Below, in pieces: positions 37,502 through 48,518 of a stretch of 64,000 nt of DNA. The stretch lies in the IMG/VR virus record IMGVR_UViG_3300029288_006769, positions 314,367-378,366 of that record. One strand, written 5' to 3'. The DNA is from a virus. The notes beneath the pieces were generated by a model. It saw only the letters and a list, made by a program, of their open reading frames with translations, searched no databases and was not told the DNA's origin. The number at the start of each line of letters is the position of its first letter. Positions within the stretch are counted from its first letter, which is position 1. The translations under genes and the position numbers were made by a program.

Positions 37502-39085
37502 TTAGTCTTGTGGTGCGCCTCTCCACATCTTAGAAAGAACTTCAACTTCAGGATCACTTGTATAATCATTTTGTTCAACAAGAGAAGCATTTTTGTCGAT
37601 ACCAAATTCATCGACAACTTCACCATCTTCACGTTTTAAAGTTGAATGATCTGACGAACTTACTGTTTTTCCCGGATCTTTTTTTGCAGCTTCTTTTTTT
37701 GCTTCTTCTGCAACTTCATCTTTAGGAGTCTCAGAAACTTTTTCAGCAGGGGTTTCGGGCTTGTCAGCTTTCTCTTCATCTTTTGCAACTTCAGGTACAG
37801 CTTTCTCTTCTTTGCATTCAGCAAGTTTCTTTTCAATATCTTCAGCTTTCTCTTCAGCAGAATCACCAAGAGCATCTTCTTTGTCAGCTGTTTCAATATC
37901 ACCTTCAGCTTCGGCTGACTCAGCAAGTTTACGATGATTTGCAGCTACCGTTCGATATGTACGTGCCAATTCAGCAAGTTTTGCCTTTTTGTCATCTGTT
38001 GCAGCTCCTTCAGGTTTTTCTTCAGCTAGTGGAACTGCTGCATCGGCCTTTTCTTCTTCAACTTTACCTGCTGGTGTCGAGTCTGGTGTTGCATTTGGAG
38101 GAAGAGCTGATGCTGCATCTTTTTCTGCTGGTACTGCGGTTTCTGGTTGTGCAACTAGATCAGCTTTTTCTTCTTTTTTTGCTTCTTCTGCTTCTACTGG
38201 TGCAGCTTCTTCAGGTTCTTTCTTAGCTTCATCATCTGCTGTCTTCATAAGGGAAATAACTTCTTCGATATGAGCAACTTTTGCTGCAGCATCATCAGCT
38301 TTCTGATCAAGGAATTCAGCCTGCTCTTCATCATCATCTTCTTGTGCTTCGGCAGCAGCTTGACGATTGATTCTTTCGACCCGTGCCTGACGACGAAGTT
38401 CTTTTTGAGCATCTTCAATTGAAGCAAACTCGTTTTCTCCGGCAACTTTTCTTTCAAGTCTTTCAATTTCACTATCATCGAGTTTTACGATTTGAGCGAT
38501 TTTCGCTTTAATAGTTTCATATGAATCTTCAAGTTTGCCCTCAACAACAAGTTGTTTTGCAATTGCAAGTCCTCTACGAGCTTTACGTTCGATAGCACGA
38601 TCACTACGTTCTTGAGCAAGTTTCTTTTTCAAATTTGAAATAACTGCTTTAAAACCTGCAGCTTCACTTGCAAATTTATCCTCATCTTCATTTACATCTT
38701 CAGCAGGTTCGCCTTCGCCTTCATCTTCACCTGTACCTCCATCTTTTTCTTCAACAGAAGGATTTAAAGGTGCTGCAGGTGTCATCGGGCTTGCAACTGG
38801 TGCATCTGCACCTGCACCTTTGCCTTCAGCCTGAGTATTCACTGCCTGAACTACTTCTGAATGAAGTTCGTTTGTATCAGTAACAGCTGGTTGATCAGCT
38901 GGTGCCGCCATCTGCGCACTGGTTCTGCTTTGAAGTGTAGCAATCAAGTCCTCAGCAAATTTTTGAGCTTCAGCTGGTTCAAAAGTCTCTTTTGAAGACT
39001 CAACGACTTTCACCAGCTCTGATCCCTTGAATACTGCGACTTTTGTTCCACTTTTATGCACTTTTGCACTCCAACACAAATTCAT
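37502..39085 (-). CDS. Prohead scaffolding protein
   Basis: Ala/Glu/Lys-rich coiled-coil between protease and capsid genes. Confidence 0.65.
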   Translation of the reverse strand: MNLCWSAKVHKSGTKVAVFKGSELVKVVESSKETFEPAEAQKFAEDLIATLQSRTSAQMAAPADQPAVTDTNELHSEVVQAVNTQAEGKGAGADAPVASPMTPAAPLNPSVEEKDGGTGEDEGEGEPAEDVNEDEDKFASEAAGFKAVISNLKKKLAQERSDRAIERKARRGLAIAKQLVVEGKLEDSYETIKAKIAQIVKLDDSEIERLERKVAGENEFASIEDAQKELRRQARVERINRQAAAEAQEDDDEEQAEFLDQKADDAAAKVAHIEEVISLMKTADDEAKKEPEEAAPVEAEEAKKEEKADLVAQPETAVPAEKDAASALPPNATPDSTPAGKVEEEKADAAVPLAEEKPEGAATDDKKAKLAELARTYRTVAANHRKLAESAEAEGDIETADKEDALGDSAEEKAEDIEKKLAECKEEKAVPEVAKDEEKADKPETPAEKVSETPKDEVAEEAKKEAAKKDPGKTVSSSDHSTLKREDGEVVDEFGIDKNASLVEQNDYTSDPEVEVLSKMWRGAPQD

Positions 39086-39100
39086 AGTATCTCTCCTCAG

Positions 39101-39372
39101 TTAAAGTGAAATTTGTTTTGCTTTAATCTCATTCTCAGTTATTACAACAAACTTCATATTATTGTCATTTACATATTTTCTAGCAGCTTCAAACTTTAAA
39201 ACATTTCGTTGTAATGTTGTAGAGAATTTGGGCTTAACTTCAATTAAATCTCTTGAGCCATCTGCATAAACAACTAAAATATCAGGCCAATAGCTTTTTT
39301 GCCTTTTAGAGACTGGCTTATTTTTCTTTTTGTCTCTTCAGATTTGGGTTTGCCTTTCTGCAAAAAACTCAT
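39101..39372 (-). pseudogene. Degenerate NUMOD3 + TnsA-like endonuclease remnant
   Basis: MSFLQKGKPKSEETKRKISQSLKG, then in another frame YWPDILVVYADG..LIEVKP...KFEAARKY...FVVITENE. Confidence 0.75.
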
Positions 39373-39384
39373 TATACTATCCTA

Positions 39385-40023
39385 TTACATTAATTTTACT
39401 AACTCATTACAATGTTGACAGACAACATAATTTGAAGTATAACTTGGTTTTCTATTTTGATCTACAAGATCATCAATAGTATAATGTTCTTCATTCTCAC
39501 AATGAGTACAAGAAACTTTCACATAAGAATTTTCTAAAACAAATGCATTAATTTCTTTGGCCGTTTTTTCTAAACTTGTCTCTTTTATTTTAGAAATTAT
39601 AGATGTGCCATATCTTGCCGAGAAAAAATAGACTTTATCTTCAATAGCACCGTTCTTATATGCTTCTTCATAACCTACAGTCATTTTAGGTTGACTGTTG
39701 CAATACCATACCCATCGTGCTTCATCATATCTGAATCCACATGTCCATACATCAGATCTCTTATTAATCAAATTTTTTTTAATTTCTTCAGTCTGTGTTG
39801 CAAGTTTCAATTGTTTTATGATTTCAAAACTTGCTCTTACAGGATTTGAAGGGAATGTATCTTTAACGCGTTGAATGATTTTGTTTTTTGAAACATCAAC
39901 AATGACAATATCTTTCTCTAAACGAAACGCCTTCAAATTTCTTTGAAGGTCTATAGATGATATTGCTTGTTGTTCTAGTTTCTTGACAACATTAAAACAA
40001 AAAAAATTAGAAAAAAACTGCAT
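39385..40023 (-). CDS. Head-module protein with C-terminal Zn ribbon (start uncertain)
   Basis: CTHC...CQHC; lies between protease and scaffold. Confidence 0.55.
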   Translation of the reverse strand: MQFFSNFFCFNVVKKLEQQAISSIDLQRNLKAFRLEKDIVIVDVSKNKIIQRVKDTFPSNPVRASFEIIKQLKLATQTEEIKKNLINKRSDVWTCGFRYDEARWVWYCNSQPKMTVGYEEAYKNGAIEDKVYFFSARYGTSIISKIKETSLEKTAKEINAFVLENSYVKVSCTHCENEEHYTIDDLVDQNRKPSYTSNYVVCQHCNELVKLM

Positions 40024-40025
40024 AT

Positions 40026-41768
40026 TTAATTTTTCTTTTTATTAATATAGGACATAGGCATATAAAAATCTTCACCAGTTTCTGTAATGAATTGTCCGTA
40101 TTCGCCACTATCGATTGTAGTCACAAAAGATACTTTCTCTCCCTTTGTGATAACAGAATTCCCTTGCTCATCGAACCAATATGTACCTTCATCATGATCA
40201 ACTGGAATGTCTTGAGAAACAACAAATATATTCGATTTTTTTACCTGTTCTAAGTCATTAATATTTTTCATTATAGTCTTTTTGTCATCGAGTCTAATGA
40301 TGAACATGGGACCACGTTGTGAAACAACTTCTCCAATTTTTCCCTTTTCTTTACCAGTTTTTATTTTAACCCTATCACCAGATTTGATTTTTGTTTTAGC
40401 AGTTTTATAGAGAGATTCTTCTGAAGCAAAAAAACAACGGGGACATTCTATAATATCTTGTTGCCCTGCATCAACGGAAGTGGCCTTTATTTTCCAAAGA
40501 TCTGTTTTAAAACCACATTTTAAACATTCAAATGTATCAACTCTTGAAACTGTTTTATTTGCAGGAGCAATTTCTAGAACAACAATAGGAACTTGTTTGC
40601 GTAATTCAAAACCTGGCTTTAATCCCGCATCATCTTTTATGTCATGAGGATTATCATAAGGAATATCAGAATAATCATGGGTGGAAATTGAGAAATCTTT
40701 ATTACCTGATTCATTTTCAATTGGATGAGTTGCTTCTTTTTTACCAAAAACTTTTTCAAGGATTCTATCGACAAAACCTGTTTTTTGTTTTGGTAAGACT
40801 TGACAAAGATTTTCTAACTCTTCACTTGAAAGAGTTTCTTTTGCTGTGAGTATTTGATTTGCTGTTTTGATTTCTATAGAACCGTCTTGTTTGATTGCAA
40901 TATTTGCAACATCAGTATCCTTTGATGCAGCTTTTAAAAGAACTCCATCCTCTTTTACCATTGTTTCAATTTTCGAATTGAGGATATTTGCAAGCAGATA
41001 ATTACTAACTTCAGAAGTGGAAAGAATTTTTCTAAAAACAGCGCCAGCAAAAGCAGGATTAGCTACAAGAGAAACATCAAAAAATGTGTTATTTATACAT
41101 ATTTCTGCAGCTCTTCTTGATGTCCCATCAGGTAGTCTATAAGTAGAACCTTTATTACCACGTCTAAGATGTTCACAATATGATGTAGGATCATTTGCAA
41201 TGTTTCCACAAATACTGCATCTTGTTTGAGCTGTAGTACAACCCATAGAAACTGCATTTATAATACCATTTTCAATATTTGCTACAAGATCTTTGTGTCT
41301 TCTATCTACAGAAAAAAGGACATCAATAAGAAGTGTGTCACCCATGTCTCTTGCAATGACATCAATGCATTTTCCTTTTGCATTTTCTAATCTTTGATCA
41401 TGTTCTACAAAGGTTGTTGCTCTTTTAAAGGACTTGTAATCTTTTAAAAGATCATTACATGTCCAAGCATCATGATTGTCATTGATAAATTTTTCAGTAG
41501 CAGTAGTAATCCAGTAGCCATTGTCTTCAGTTTTTACCCCAGCCATAATCGTAGTATGAATGTAGATAAATTTCGTTGGATCAATTGTGCTTACAACCTG
41601 AAAATCAGCCTCTTTATCGACAGCTTCTTTGTCAACAGCTTCTTTTTTGGGTTCTTCAATAGTGTTTTTGATGTTTGCTTGTTTCTTTAGAGCACTCCAA
41701 CTACTAATGTCACCACCCAAAATTTCGATTTTTGCTGTTTTGAGCATGCCAACTTTATTGAAAGACAT
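40026..41768 (-). CDS. Prohead maturation protease
   Basis: NDNHDAW, FVEH...KG..ID, AVSMGC...CSICG..CEH, DVSLVANPAF. Confidence 0.8.
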   Translation of the reverse strand: MSFNKVGMLKTAKIEILGGDISSWSALKKQANIKNTIEEPKKEAVDKEAVDKEADFQVVSTIDPTKFIYIHTTIMAGVKTEDNGYWITTATEKFINDNHDAWTCNDLLKDYKSFKRATTFVEHDQRLENAKGKCIDVIARDMGDTLLIDVLFSVDRRHKDLVANIENGIINAVSMGCTTAQTRCSICGNIANDPTSYCEHLRRGNKGSTYRLPDGTSRRAAEICINNTFFDVSLVANPAFAGAVFRKILSTSEVSNYLLANILNSKIETMVKEDGVLLKAASKDTDVANIAIKQDGSIEIKTANQILTAKETLSSEELENLCQVLPKQKTGFVDRILEKVFGKKEATHPIENESGNKDFSISTHDYSDIPYDNPHDIKDDAGLKPGFELRKQVPIVVLEIAPANKTVSRVDTFECLKCGFKTDLWKIKATSVDAGQQDIIECPRCFFASEESLYKTAKTKIKSGDRVKIKTGKEKGKIGEVVSQRGPMFIIRLDDKKTIMKNINDLEQVKKSNIFVVSQDIPVDHDEGTYWFDEQGNSVITKGEKVSFVTTIDSGEYGQFITETGEDFYMPMSYINKKKN

Positions 41769-41824
41769 GAGGCCTCCGAAAAATTGTCAATCTTTACACA
41801 ATTTTTTGATAAAAGTCTTGATTT

Positions 41825-41839
41825 ATAAAAACTTTAGAA
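41825..41839 (-). promoter_or_regulatory. Phage promoter motif copy
   Basis: + strand ataaaaactttagaa upstream of protease. Confidence 0.65.
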
Positions 41840-41848
41840 AAAGTCAAT

Positions 41849-42334
41849 TTACCATTTGATTTTTGCTCGTAACCATCCATTTAGATCACCAGGTATTGCA
41901 CCTACAATACCTATGACATCAGCATTACCACCTATATTTTCGTTTGTCAAAATTCCATTTGAATTAACATATAGTTTTTGATTATAAGTATAAATTCTTG
42001 TCGTGTCATAAGCATTTCTATTAAAATCTAGCAAAACATCATCTGATATCATTGATGCTGAATGATTGCTTGAATCGACAGGACTGTTTTCATATTTATA
42101 TGGTCGTCTTGCTGTTGCCAATCCATCCATATCTTTAAAATCATACTGTTTTCCATCATAATCTTCAAGTTTGTAACCGTTGATAAGCAAACCAACTGTT
42201 TCATTTGGCAATGCTTTTTCTACAGTCATTTTGTCTACAAATCTTACTATTTGACCACCATACCAACCTGTTCTTAGAAGATTAGGTCCAATTTTAACAT
42301 TAATTCCCCAGTATTTATAGTGGATCTTAATCAT
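41849..42334 (-). CDS. Second decoration-protein paralog
   Basis: Y....KLYVNSNGILTNEN...VIGIV..IP....WL matches 36890..37378. Confidence 0.6.
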   Translation of the reverse strand: MIKIHYKYWGINVKIGPNLLRTGWYGGQIVRFVDKMTVEKALPNETVGLLINGYKLEDYDGKQYDFKDMDGLATARRPYKYENSPVDSSNHSASMISDDVLLDFNRNAYDTTRIYTYNQKLYVNSNGILTNENIGGNADVIGIVGAIPGDLNGWLRAKIKW

Positions 42335-43038
42335 ATTCTTCCTGGCCTTGGTTTTATTCTTGTGGGTCGTTGTATTATAGGCTTTAATTCTCTTGGTCTT
42401 TTTTCTGTCAATGGTTTTTCTTGTTCAGGTTTTGTTGGTGTCACTGGAGCCTTTTGTTGTGGTTTTGTAGGAACTGGTTTAACAGGTACCTTAAGAGTTG
42501 GTTTGACAGGACCTTTTTGTGGGCCTTTGAACTGATCAGGAACTATAAATCTTTTAAACAAAGGTATTGACGCAGCAACATGTTTACAAATCAGATACCT
42601 TCTTTGTGGATCTCTTATATTGGGAGCGGTACCATCCGAGTATTGACGCTCAGAATAATCTTTATCAAGAGCATTAAAATCAGCACCATTATATTTCCAA
42701 GCATTACAATTACAAGATATTTCGACTTCTCTCCCAAGCATACCCTGTGTTTTAGGCCCTGTACCTAATAACTTAAAACGGACATCATAGGGCCCTTTGC
42801 TTTTTGTTTGATGACATTTTACAGAAAACATCCATCTACCATTTTTAGGATCATTACGTTTTGTTGTTGCTACACACCCTTTAGCATATTTGATAGATTT
42901 TTGATTTGTCTTAAATAATAATTCTCCTGCAGACATAGCAAGTTTTGCAAAAGGATCAGAAAACAATACTCCAAGCGGAATAATTTTTCTTGACAATAAC
43001 TCATTTGCTATAGATTGAATGGCTTCTTTATTCATCAA
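42331..43038 (-). CDS. SWIM zinc-finger protein with IANELL motif
   Basis: SCNC...CKHVAA; Pro/Lys-rich tail. Confidence 0.7.
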   Translation of the reverse strand: MMNKEAIQSIANELLSRKIIPLGVLFSDPFAKLAMSAGELLFKTNQKSIKYAKGCVATTKRNDPKNGRWMFSVKCHQTKSKGPYDVRFKLLGTGPKTQGMLGREVEISCNCNAWKYNGADFNALDKDYSERQYSDGTAPNIRDPQRRYLICKHVAASIPLFKRFIVPDQFKGPQKGPVKPTLKVPVKPVPTKPQQKAPVTPTKPEQEKPLTEKRPRELKPIIQRPTRIKPRPGRI

Positions 43039-43436
43039 TAATCTCTTGCTTTCCCTATTATTGTTCCTATAGTACGCGAATCATTCCATTCAGGTATTGC
43101 GCCCAGTCTAGCATTACTTGCTTTTGTCACGTCATCATATAATTGCTTTGATGGGAAGATATATACAGAACCTTTTGCATATGTCTCGTTGTCAACGTAT
43201 TTATCGTTTAGATCAAAGATAATCTCAAAAACTATTTTCCAATGTTGATAAGATTGCTCTGTCTCATCTTCTCTAAAACTTGAATCTTTAAGTTCAAGAT
43301 GTACATGTTTAGATTTAATAGAACTAATAAATTGTTTTACTTTTTTTTCGAAATCAATCTTATCGACAAATTTCTGTTTCGAAACTGTTCTTTCACTTGC
43401 TTTCAAAATTTCATTTGTAATAAGTTCTATATTCAT
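43035..43436 (-). CDS. Hypothetical protein with ITNEILKA motif
   Basis: Coupled to portal stop. Confidence 0.6.
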   Translation of the reverse strand: MNIELITNEILKASERTVSKQKFVDKIDFEKKVKQFISSIKSKHVHLELKDSSFREDETEQSYQHWKIVFEIIFDLNDKYVDNETYAKGSVYIFPSKQLYDDVTKASNARLGAIPEWNDSRTIGTIIGKARDY

Positions 43437-45688
43437 ACTTTAAATTCTTCTCGAATTGTTTCTCTAATTGCACTTTTGATTTTTTCAATCTCGTGTGTTT
43501 CATTTAATTTTGATTCAAGTAAAAAAGTAAGTTTTGAAATATTATCAGCATATAAATCTTTTGCAGCATTTACTTTTTCTGTAATTGGCAATTCATCTTT
43601 AATTCTAGATGCAAAAACTTGAGGTAAATATTTTTTAAGCGTATGAATTCTTATTTTAGTTGTCGAAGATCCATTTAAAGCAAGAATTTCATTTTCTAAG
43701 TTCAAAACAGCACGTCTAGCATTCTGACTCAATTTTAAATCTTTTATCATTGAATCAACCCAAGCCTTCTTTGAGTTTTCTTCAACAATAATAGCAGCAC
43801 CAAGTTGCTCAGCTTTATCCGTGTCCACAAATGGAATATCAGGGATTTCAACTTTATTTTCAGATTCAGCAAATAATTTTACTTTTTTTTGATCTGTTCT
43901 TTCGGGTTTGAGTCTTTTTTCTAAAGGAACTTCCAGTTCTTCTATTTCATCGTCTCTTTTCTTATCTTTTTTATTTTCTTGTCTATCATATCTACGTTGT
44001 TCTCTTGTTTCTGCTGTTTTTGTAATTTTTTCATTTTGTGTCGCAAACATTTCTGTTGATGCTTCAGGTTCATATTTTAAACCAAGTTCTTGTGCCCTTA
44101 ATTCCGCAATTGCAGGTGCAAGAGTTCTTCCAGCTTCGGTAGCAGCACCATTCATCATGGTGAAATAATTAATATCGAGTGGAGTACCTTCAAATCTCTT
44201 GAGCCTTTCTTTAACAGTTTCAGCGTCAAGCCCAAAACACTCGAGCCAAGTTTGCATATCGATTTGACCCTGAGTAACCATTTGAGCAAGCATCTGTTTA
44301 TGGGCTGTATCATCAACAAAATTCAATCTGTTCCATTTGATACGAGGATACAACCATTTGATTTTCTTTTCTTTCTTAGAAGTACCTTCTTCATATTCTG
44401 CCCAATCATTTCTTTTGGCCATAGGAAGAAATAATGATTGAATCACATAACTTTCAATTCTTTCTCTATAAATTGAATATTTTTGATTCATTACTTCTAA
44501 TACGGTTTGTCCATTAGCATAAGAACCTTCACCTAACAAGAAACTTTTATTTATCATTAACCCTATCAACAGTTCCTCGTTTATCCAATTCCATTCTGAC
44601 TCTAATTGCATCAACCCTTGACTTGTTCCAACAAGGTCCCAATGCAATTCATAGTTAGTAATGATGGCGTAATCAGGATCTGCAAAAGCACTGTCGACCT
44701 GTTCTCTAATTATATTCAGATCAGCCATACCTGTAGAATCTGCCCAAATCAAATGTTTCGGCGTAAGATGTCGAGAAGCTACAGCATCCTGTGATTGTCT
44801 TAATCTGTCTTTATAAATAAGAGTTTTGAAATTTCTCTCTACAATACCAGTACCCACAAGGTCATAATCAGCCATTTTGTAGGTGACATGAGCCACATGG
44901 CTACCATGATTTGGATCTGTATTTAAAGGTATTTTCTTTCCTGTTTGTACAAGTTCAATAACATCTTCAGGTATTGCTTTAAAAAGAACACCTGTTTTTG
45001 GGTTATCAGGTCCATTGTTAATAATTTTCTTCATTTGCTCATTTGGAATTAAATCGACTCTCATTATATCAGTAAATTGAAGTTTTTCAAGTTCTATATA
45101 ATCAGGATCTAACAGAGTCAGTTTTGTCCAACGGTTTTTCTGTTCGCTCCATCGAGCAAAAGGAAAGACGTTACCAAGTTTGTAGTATTCAACACCCATT
45201 TGAAGGAGTTTATTGAACAAATCAATACCTTCAGTGGAACACATTTCTTCGTATTCTTCTTGGATCTTCCTTGTTTTTATCTTATCTTTGCTTGGGGGTA
45301 ATGTCAATCTTATACTTGACAAAGGAAGTTCAGCATGAGAATCTATAGCAGTACTAACTAAAGGATCATATTTGTAAAAATAACGACACCATGCATTTAT
45401 TTCTCTATAATCACGAGGAAGTAAGATAGAACTTGGCTCAAATTCTGGGTGGTAAAAGCTTGGCATAGAATTCTTAACATTTGCTCCACCCCCACAAGTA
45501 TTAGCAGTCTTAGACATTGATCTAGACATTCGATCTACTACACGTAACAAACGTTTGTTATATTTTCTGGGCTTTCCTTGATAAAACTCAGAATCTATAA
45601 TAGTTGTGTCATTCCCGAATTTGATCGTAGCGCCATTCTTTTTCATGCCACTTGAATCAAGTTCAGAGCGTTTTTTTCTTTGAATCAT
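43433..45688 (-). CDS. Portal protein
   Basis: Downstream of TerL; WCRYFYKYDPLVSTAIDSH...EYYKLGNVFP...LLDPDYIE. Confidence 0.8.
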   Translation of the reverse strand: MIQRKKRSELDSSGMKKNGATIKFGNDTTIIDSEFYQGKPRKYNKRLLRVVDRMSRSMSKTANTCGGGANVKNSMPSFYHPEFEPSSILLPRDYREINAWCRYFYKYDPLVSTAIDSHAELPLSSIRLTLPPSKDKIKTRKIQEEYEEMCSTEGIDLFNKLLQMGVEYYKLGNVFPFARWSEQKNRWTKLTLLDPDYIELEKLQFTDIMRVDLIPNEQMKKIINNGPDNPKTGVLFKAIPEDVIELVQTGKKIPLNTDPNHGSHVAHVTYKMADYDLVGTGIVERNFKTLIYKDRLRQSQDAVASRHLTPKHLIWADSTGMADLNIIREQVDSAFADPDYAIITNYELHWDLVGTSQGLMQLESEWNWINEELLIGLMINKSFLLGEGSYANGQTVLEVMNQKYSIYRERIESYVIQSLFLPMAKRNDWAEYEEGTSKKEKKIKWLYPRIKWNRLNFVDDTAHKQMLAQMVTQGQIDMQTWLECFGLDAETVKERLKRFEGTPLDINYFTMMNGAATEAGRTLAPAIAELRAQELGLKYEPEASTEMFATQNEKITKTAETREQRRYDRQENKKDKKRDDEIEELEVPLEKRLKPERTDQKKVKLFAESENKVEIPDIPFVDTDKAEQLGAAIIVEENSKKAWVDSMIKDLKLSQNARRAVLNLENEILALNGSSTTKIRIHTLKKYLPQVFASRIKDELPITEKVNAAKDLYADNISKLTFLLESKLNETHEIEKIKSAIRETIREEFKV

Positions 45689-45734
45689 TATTTATACCTT
45701 TAAAATTATTAATCTGATTAATTCTTTAGAAAAA

Positions 45735-46367
45735 TTAAACTGCATCCCAATCAATAATTGATGCATGTGGCCCGTGTCTATGTCTAAATCTAAATTCTGA
45801 ATTCATAATGTATTCAAAAATGTCTTGTTGTTTTGCACCAACAATTGAGGCTAATTCAGCTGCAATTTCTTGATTTGACATTGTCGGGTGTTGCTCAAGT
45901 CTCATATTTATAAGAGTTCTTTGAGAACCTGTAAGACCACATTTCCTATTCAAACGGCGACATGCTCTTTTCAAGTAATTAATTTCAATAGCAGCAGATT
46001 GAAAAAGGCTATCATTCATATCAATGTCATCTGGCACTCGCAAATTATCTATTCTTTTTTTAAGTTCATCAATCTCTCCTTGAGTATCATAATCAGTTTG
46101 CAAATCTTCAAGTTGTTTTTTAAGCTCATCTATTTGAGATTGAAGTGCATCGGTACCAGCATCAGAAGGAGCCTCTGCCCCTGTATCAGTAGCAGGCATA
46201 TCAGCTATATCTTGTGCTAGATCAGGATTTGGTTGTTCATCAGGGCTAACAGAAGGATCATCAGCAGGAACATCTACAGGTTCATTAGTACCCGTTGTTT
46301 CATCGGGCGGGGTATCTTCTGCTGGTGCACTTTGTCTAATAAATCTATCAAACCATGGATGTTCCAT
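45735..46367 (-). CDS. Hypothetical protein (acidic N-terminus, coiled coil, HTH-like C-terminus)
   Basis: Between TerL and portal. Confidence 0.55.
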   Translation of the reverse strand: MEHPWFDRFIRQSAPAEDTPPDETTGTNEPVDVPADDPSVSPDEQPNPDLAQDIADMPATDTGAEAPSDAGTDALQSQIDELKKQLEDLQTDYDTQGEIDELKKRIDNLRVPDDIDMNDSLFQSAAIEINYLKRACRRLNRKCGLTGSQRTLINMRLEQHPTMSNQEIAAELASIVGAKQQDIFEYIMNSEFRFRHRHGPHASIIDWDAV

Positions 46368-46650
46368 GCTCTCTCCTTTGTTTTCTCTCTTGTCTTGCTT
46401 TTTCTATCTGTTCCTGTTTTTGTTTGAATAATTGTCTTGTTATTGCTGCTCTTTTTTGATTTGTAAAGAAACTTGTCTGTTTCTCAATTGCATTAGATAA
46501 GTCTAAAGCTTGTAAAGCCATTTTTTGCATACCAATAAGATAAAATTTAGCTGAAATATCATTCTCTTTCAACATCGAAATTTCTTTATTTAATTCTTGA
46601 GAATGAAACTTCAGTTTATTAATTATTTCTCTAACATGTTCTATACTCAT
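46348..46650 (-). CDS. Coiled-coil hypothetical protein
   Basis: Coupled to TerL stop. Confidence 0.55.
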   Translation of the reverse strand: MSIEHVREIINKLKFHSQELNKEISMLKENDISAKFYLIGMQKMALQALDLSNAIEKQTSFFTNQKRAAITRQLFKQKQEQIEKARQERKQRREHGTSMV

Positions 46651-48518
46651 CTAAATGATCTCACTGGATGAATAGCTCTTTGCAAATTAGTTACCGTTTT
46701 ATGCAATTTCAAACGTCTTTGATAAGCTTGATGACTTGCTACTTTATCACCTGTTGACGTAAAAGTTTGCACTCCATTTGTTCCAACAATACTCAAAGCA
46801 GACATCCCGATTTCATTGTTAGTGGCTATATATGAAGCATTGGCTAAAACATCGCACAAGTCATCCGTTGTTATTTCTCCAAGAGTAGGTGCCTCAATTA
46901 AAAATTGTTTTTTCCCAACTCTTTTTTCCTGTAAATTTTTAAGTTCTTTTATTCCCCGTTCATGATAAAACATGTCGAGTCTTTCATCATAAATAAGATC
47001 TCTCAAATTTTTGTAAATTTTAGTGTTGTAATGTCTACTAAAAGGAGTTTTGAGAGCATTCAATCCTAATTTTTTGAACTTAAGAACAGAAGATGTACTG
47101 TCAAATTGGTCAAATACTATTTTCACTATTCTGAATTTTTGACATAAACTTGTTATATATTCGTGTATGACTTCTTCATCGATATAAGGCAATCCTTCAA
47201 ATTCAGGATCTCTTAATGACCAAACTTTCCATCTGTCTAAAATGACAATTGTTCTTTTTTGTCTTTTTTCTTTTCCTTCGATTACATTAGTTTTTTCTTT
47301 TTGTTCTACATGAACCATAGCAAGAGCATATCCATTTTGAGATGATGAAGGATCTACAGCTATATAATGGGCATAATTTGAAACTGGGACTGTTGTTTCA
47401 CTATCTCTTGTGATACAAGCATCAATTTTTTCAGGGTATCTAAAGAATCCTGAAATTATAGAAGAGAATTCTGCACCAAATTCTGAGTCAAATGATTCTG
47501 GGTTTCTCTTTTTTTCGCTTTCAAGATACTCGAAAGTAATTGTTTCATTCATCTCCCAAGTAGGTATTCTAAACATGATCTTGTTGAGATCAGGTTCATC
47601 ACCTTCTCGACCTATACAATCAAGATATAGATCGTAAAAAATACCTGCTTTGATGTACGGCGACGAAATGCTTATGATTTTTCCATCAAGTCCAAATGTC
47701 GCTACAGAAGGAGTCAATGCCTCATAAATTTGATCTCCTGAACGGTTTCCCTCATTATCAATAAAGTGAGCAATCTCGTCAAGAATTCCAACTATAATGC
47801 TACCACCACGTATACCACGTGCTGTACAAGGCAGAGCCAATATTTTTATAGAAACATGAGGATCTAAAGGTTTCCCGTGTAATCTTGTTTCTTGCGTATA
47901 GAGTTCTAAATCTCTTTTTGTTCTTAAACGAATCTCAGATTGATTTTTGCCTTCGACATAAGGCGTAAACCATTTTGAATTAAGAATTCTATTTTGAGTA
48001 GCTTTTGCAAGAATTAATGCCTGATCTGTTGTACTGGCAATATTGACAATGCGAATTTCTTCGCCTTGGGGTAATTTATAGTATTTTTGAGGATCTACTT
48101 TTAAAATTAGTCTATATGCTTCATATGAAGAAATGACCGATGCAATAAATGTTTTACCAGATCTACGTCCACAAACTAGAACAAGTTCAATAAAATCTTT
48201 AGGATCAAGGTTTCTTAAATTTGTTCTACCTTGTTGAATTAAAAAATTGACATATTCTACTTCAGTTAAATACTTCCCTTCCTCATCAAACGGGAATGAT
48301 CTTACTTTTATAGTTTTTTCTTTATCATCAAGTGAAATACCATAATAAACTTTAAGAACAAGTTTTTCAACAGCATGTAAGGGTTGATCAAGATAAAAAG
48401 GGTGTTCACAGAAGGTGATTATGTCAACTTCTTTTTCTGAATCATCAATGAGTCCCTTTGTTGCTTCTGCAAAAAGGGACTCAAACGAGAAGGAAGTATC
48501 TAAAATATCATTAGCCAT
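46647..48518 (-). CDS. terL: Terminase large subunit
   Basis: Walker A GRRSGKT, Walker B ILDEIAH, ISSP, nuclease AVDPS...FDQF...DDLCD. Confidence 0.9.
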   Translation of the reverse strand: MANDILDTSFSFESLFAEATKGLIDDSEKEVDIITFCEHPFYLDQPLHAVEKLVLKVYYGISLDDKEKTIKVRSFPFDEEGKYLTEVEYVNFLIQQGRTNLRNLDPKDFIELVLVCGRRSGKTFIASVISSYEAYRLILKVDPQKYYKLPQGEEIRIVNIASTTDQALILAKATQNRILNSKWFTPYVEGKNQSEIRLRTKRDLELYTQETRLHGKPLDPHVSIKILALPCTARGIRGGSIIVGILDEIAHFIDNEGNRSGDQIYEALTPSVATFGLDGKIISISSPYIKAGIFYDLYLDCIGREGDEPDLNKIMFRIPTWEMNETITFEYLESEKKRNPESFDSEFGAEFSSIISGFFRYPEKIDACITRDSETTVPVSNYAHYIAVDPSSSQNGYALAMVHVEQKEKTNVIEGKEKRQKRTIVILDRWKVWSLRDPEFEGLPYIDEEVIHEYITSLCQKFRIVKIVFDQFDSTSSVLKFKKLGLNALKTPFSRHYNTKIYKNLRDLIYDERLDMFYHERGIKELKNLQEKRVGKKQFLIEAPTLGEITTDDLCDVLANASYIATNNEIGMSALSIVGTNGVQTFTSTGDKVASHQAYQRRLKLHKTVTNLQRAIHPVRSFR

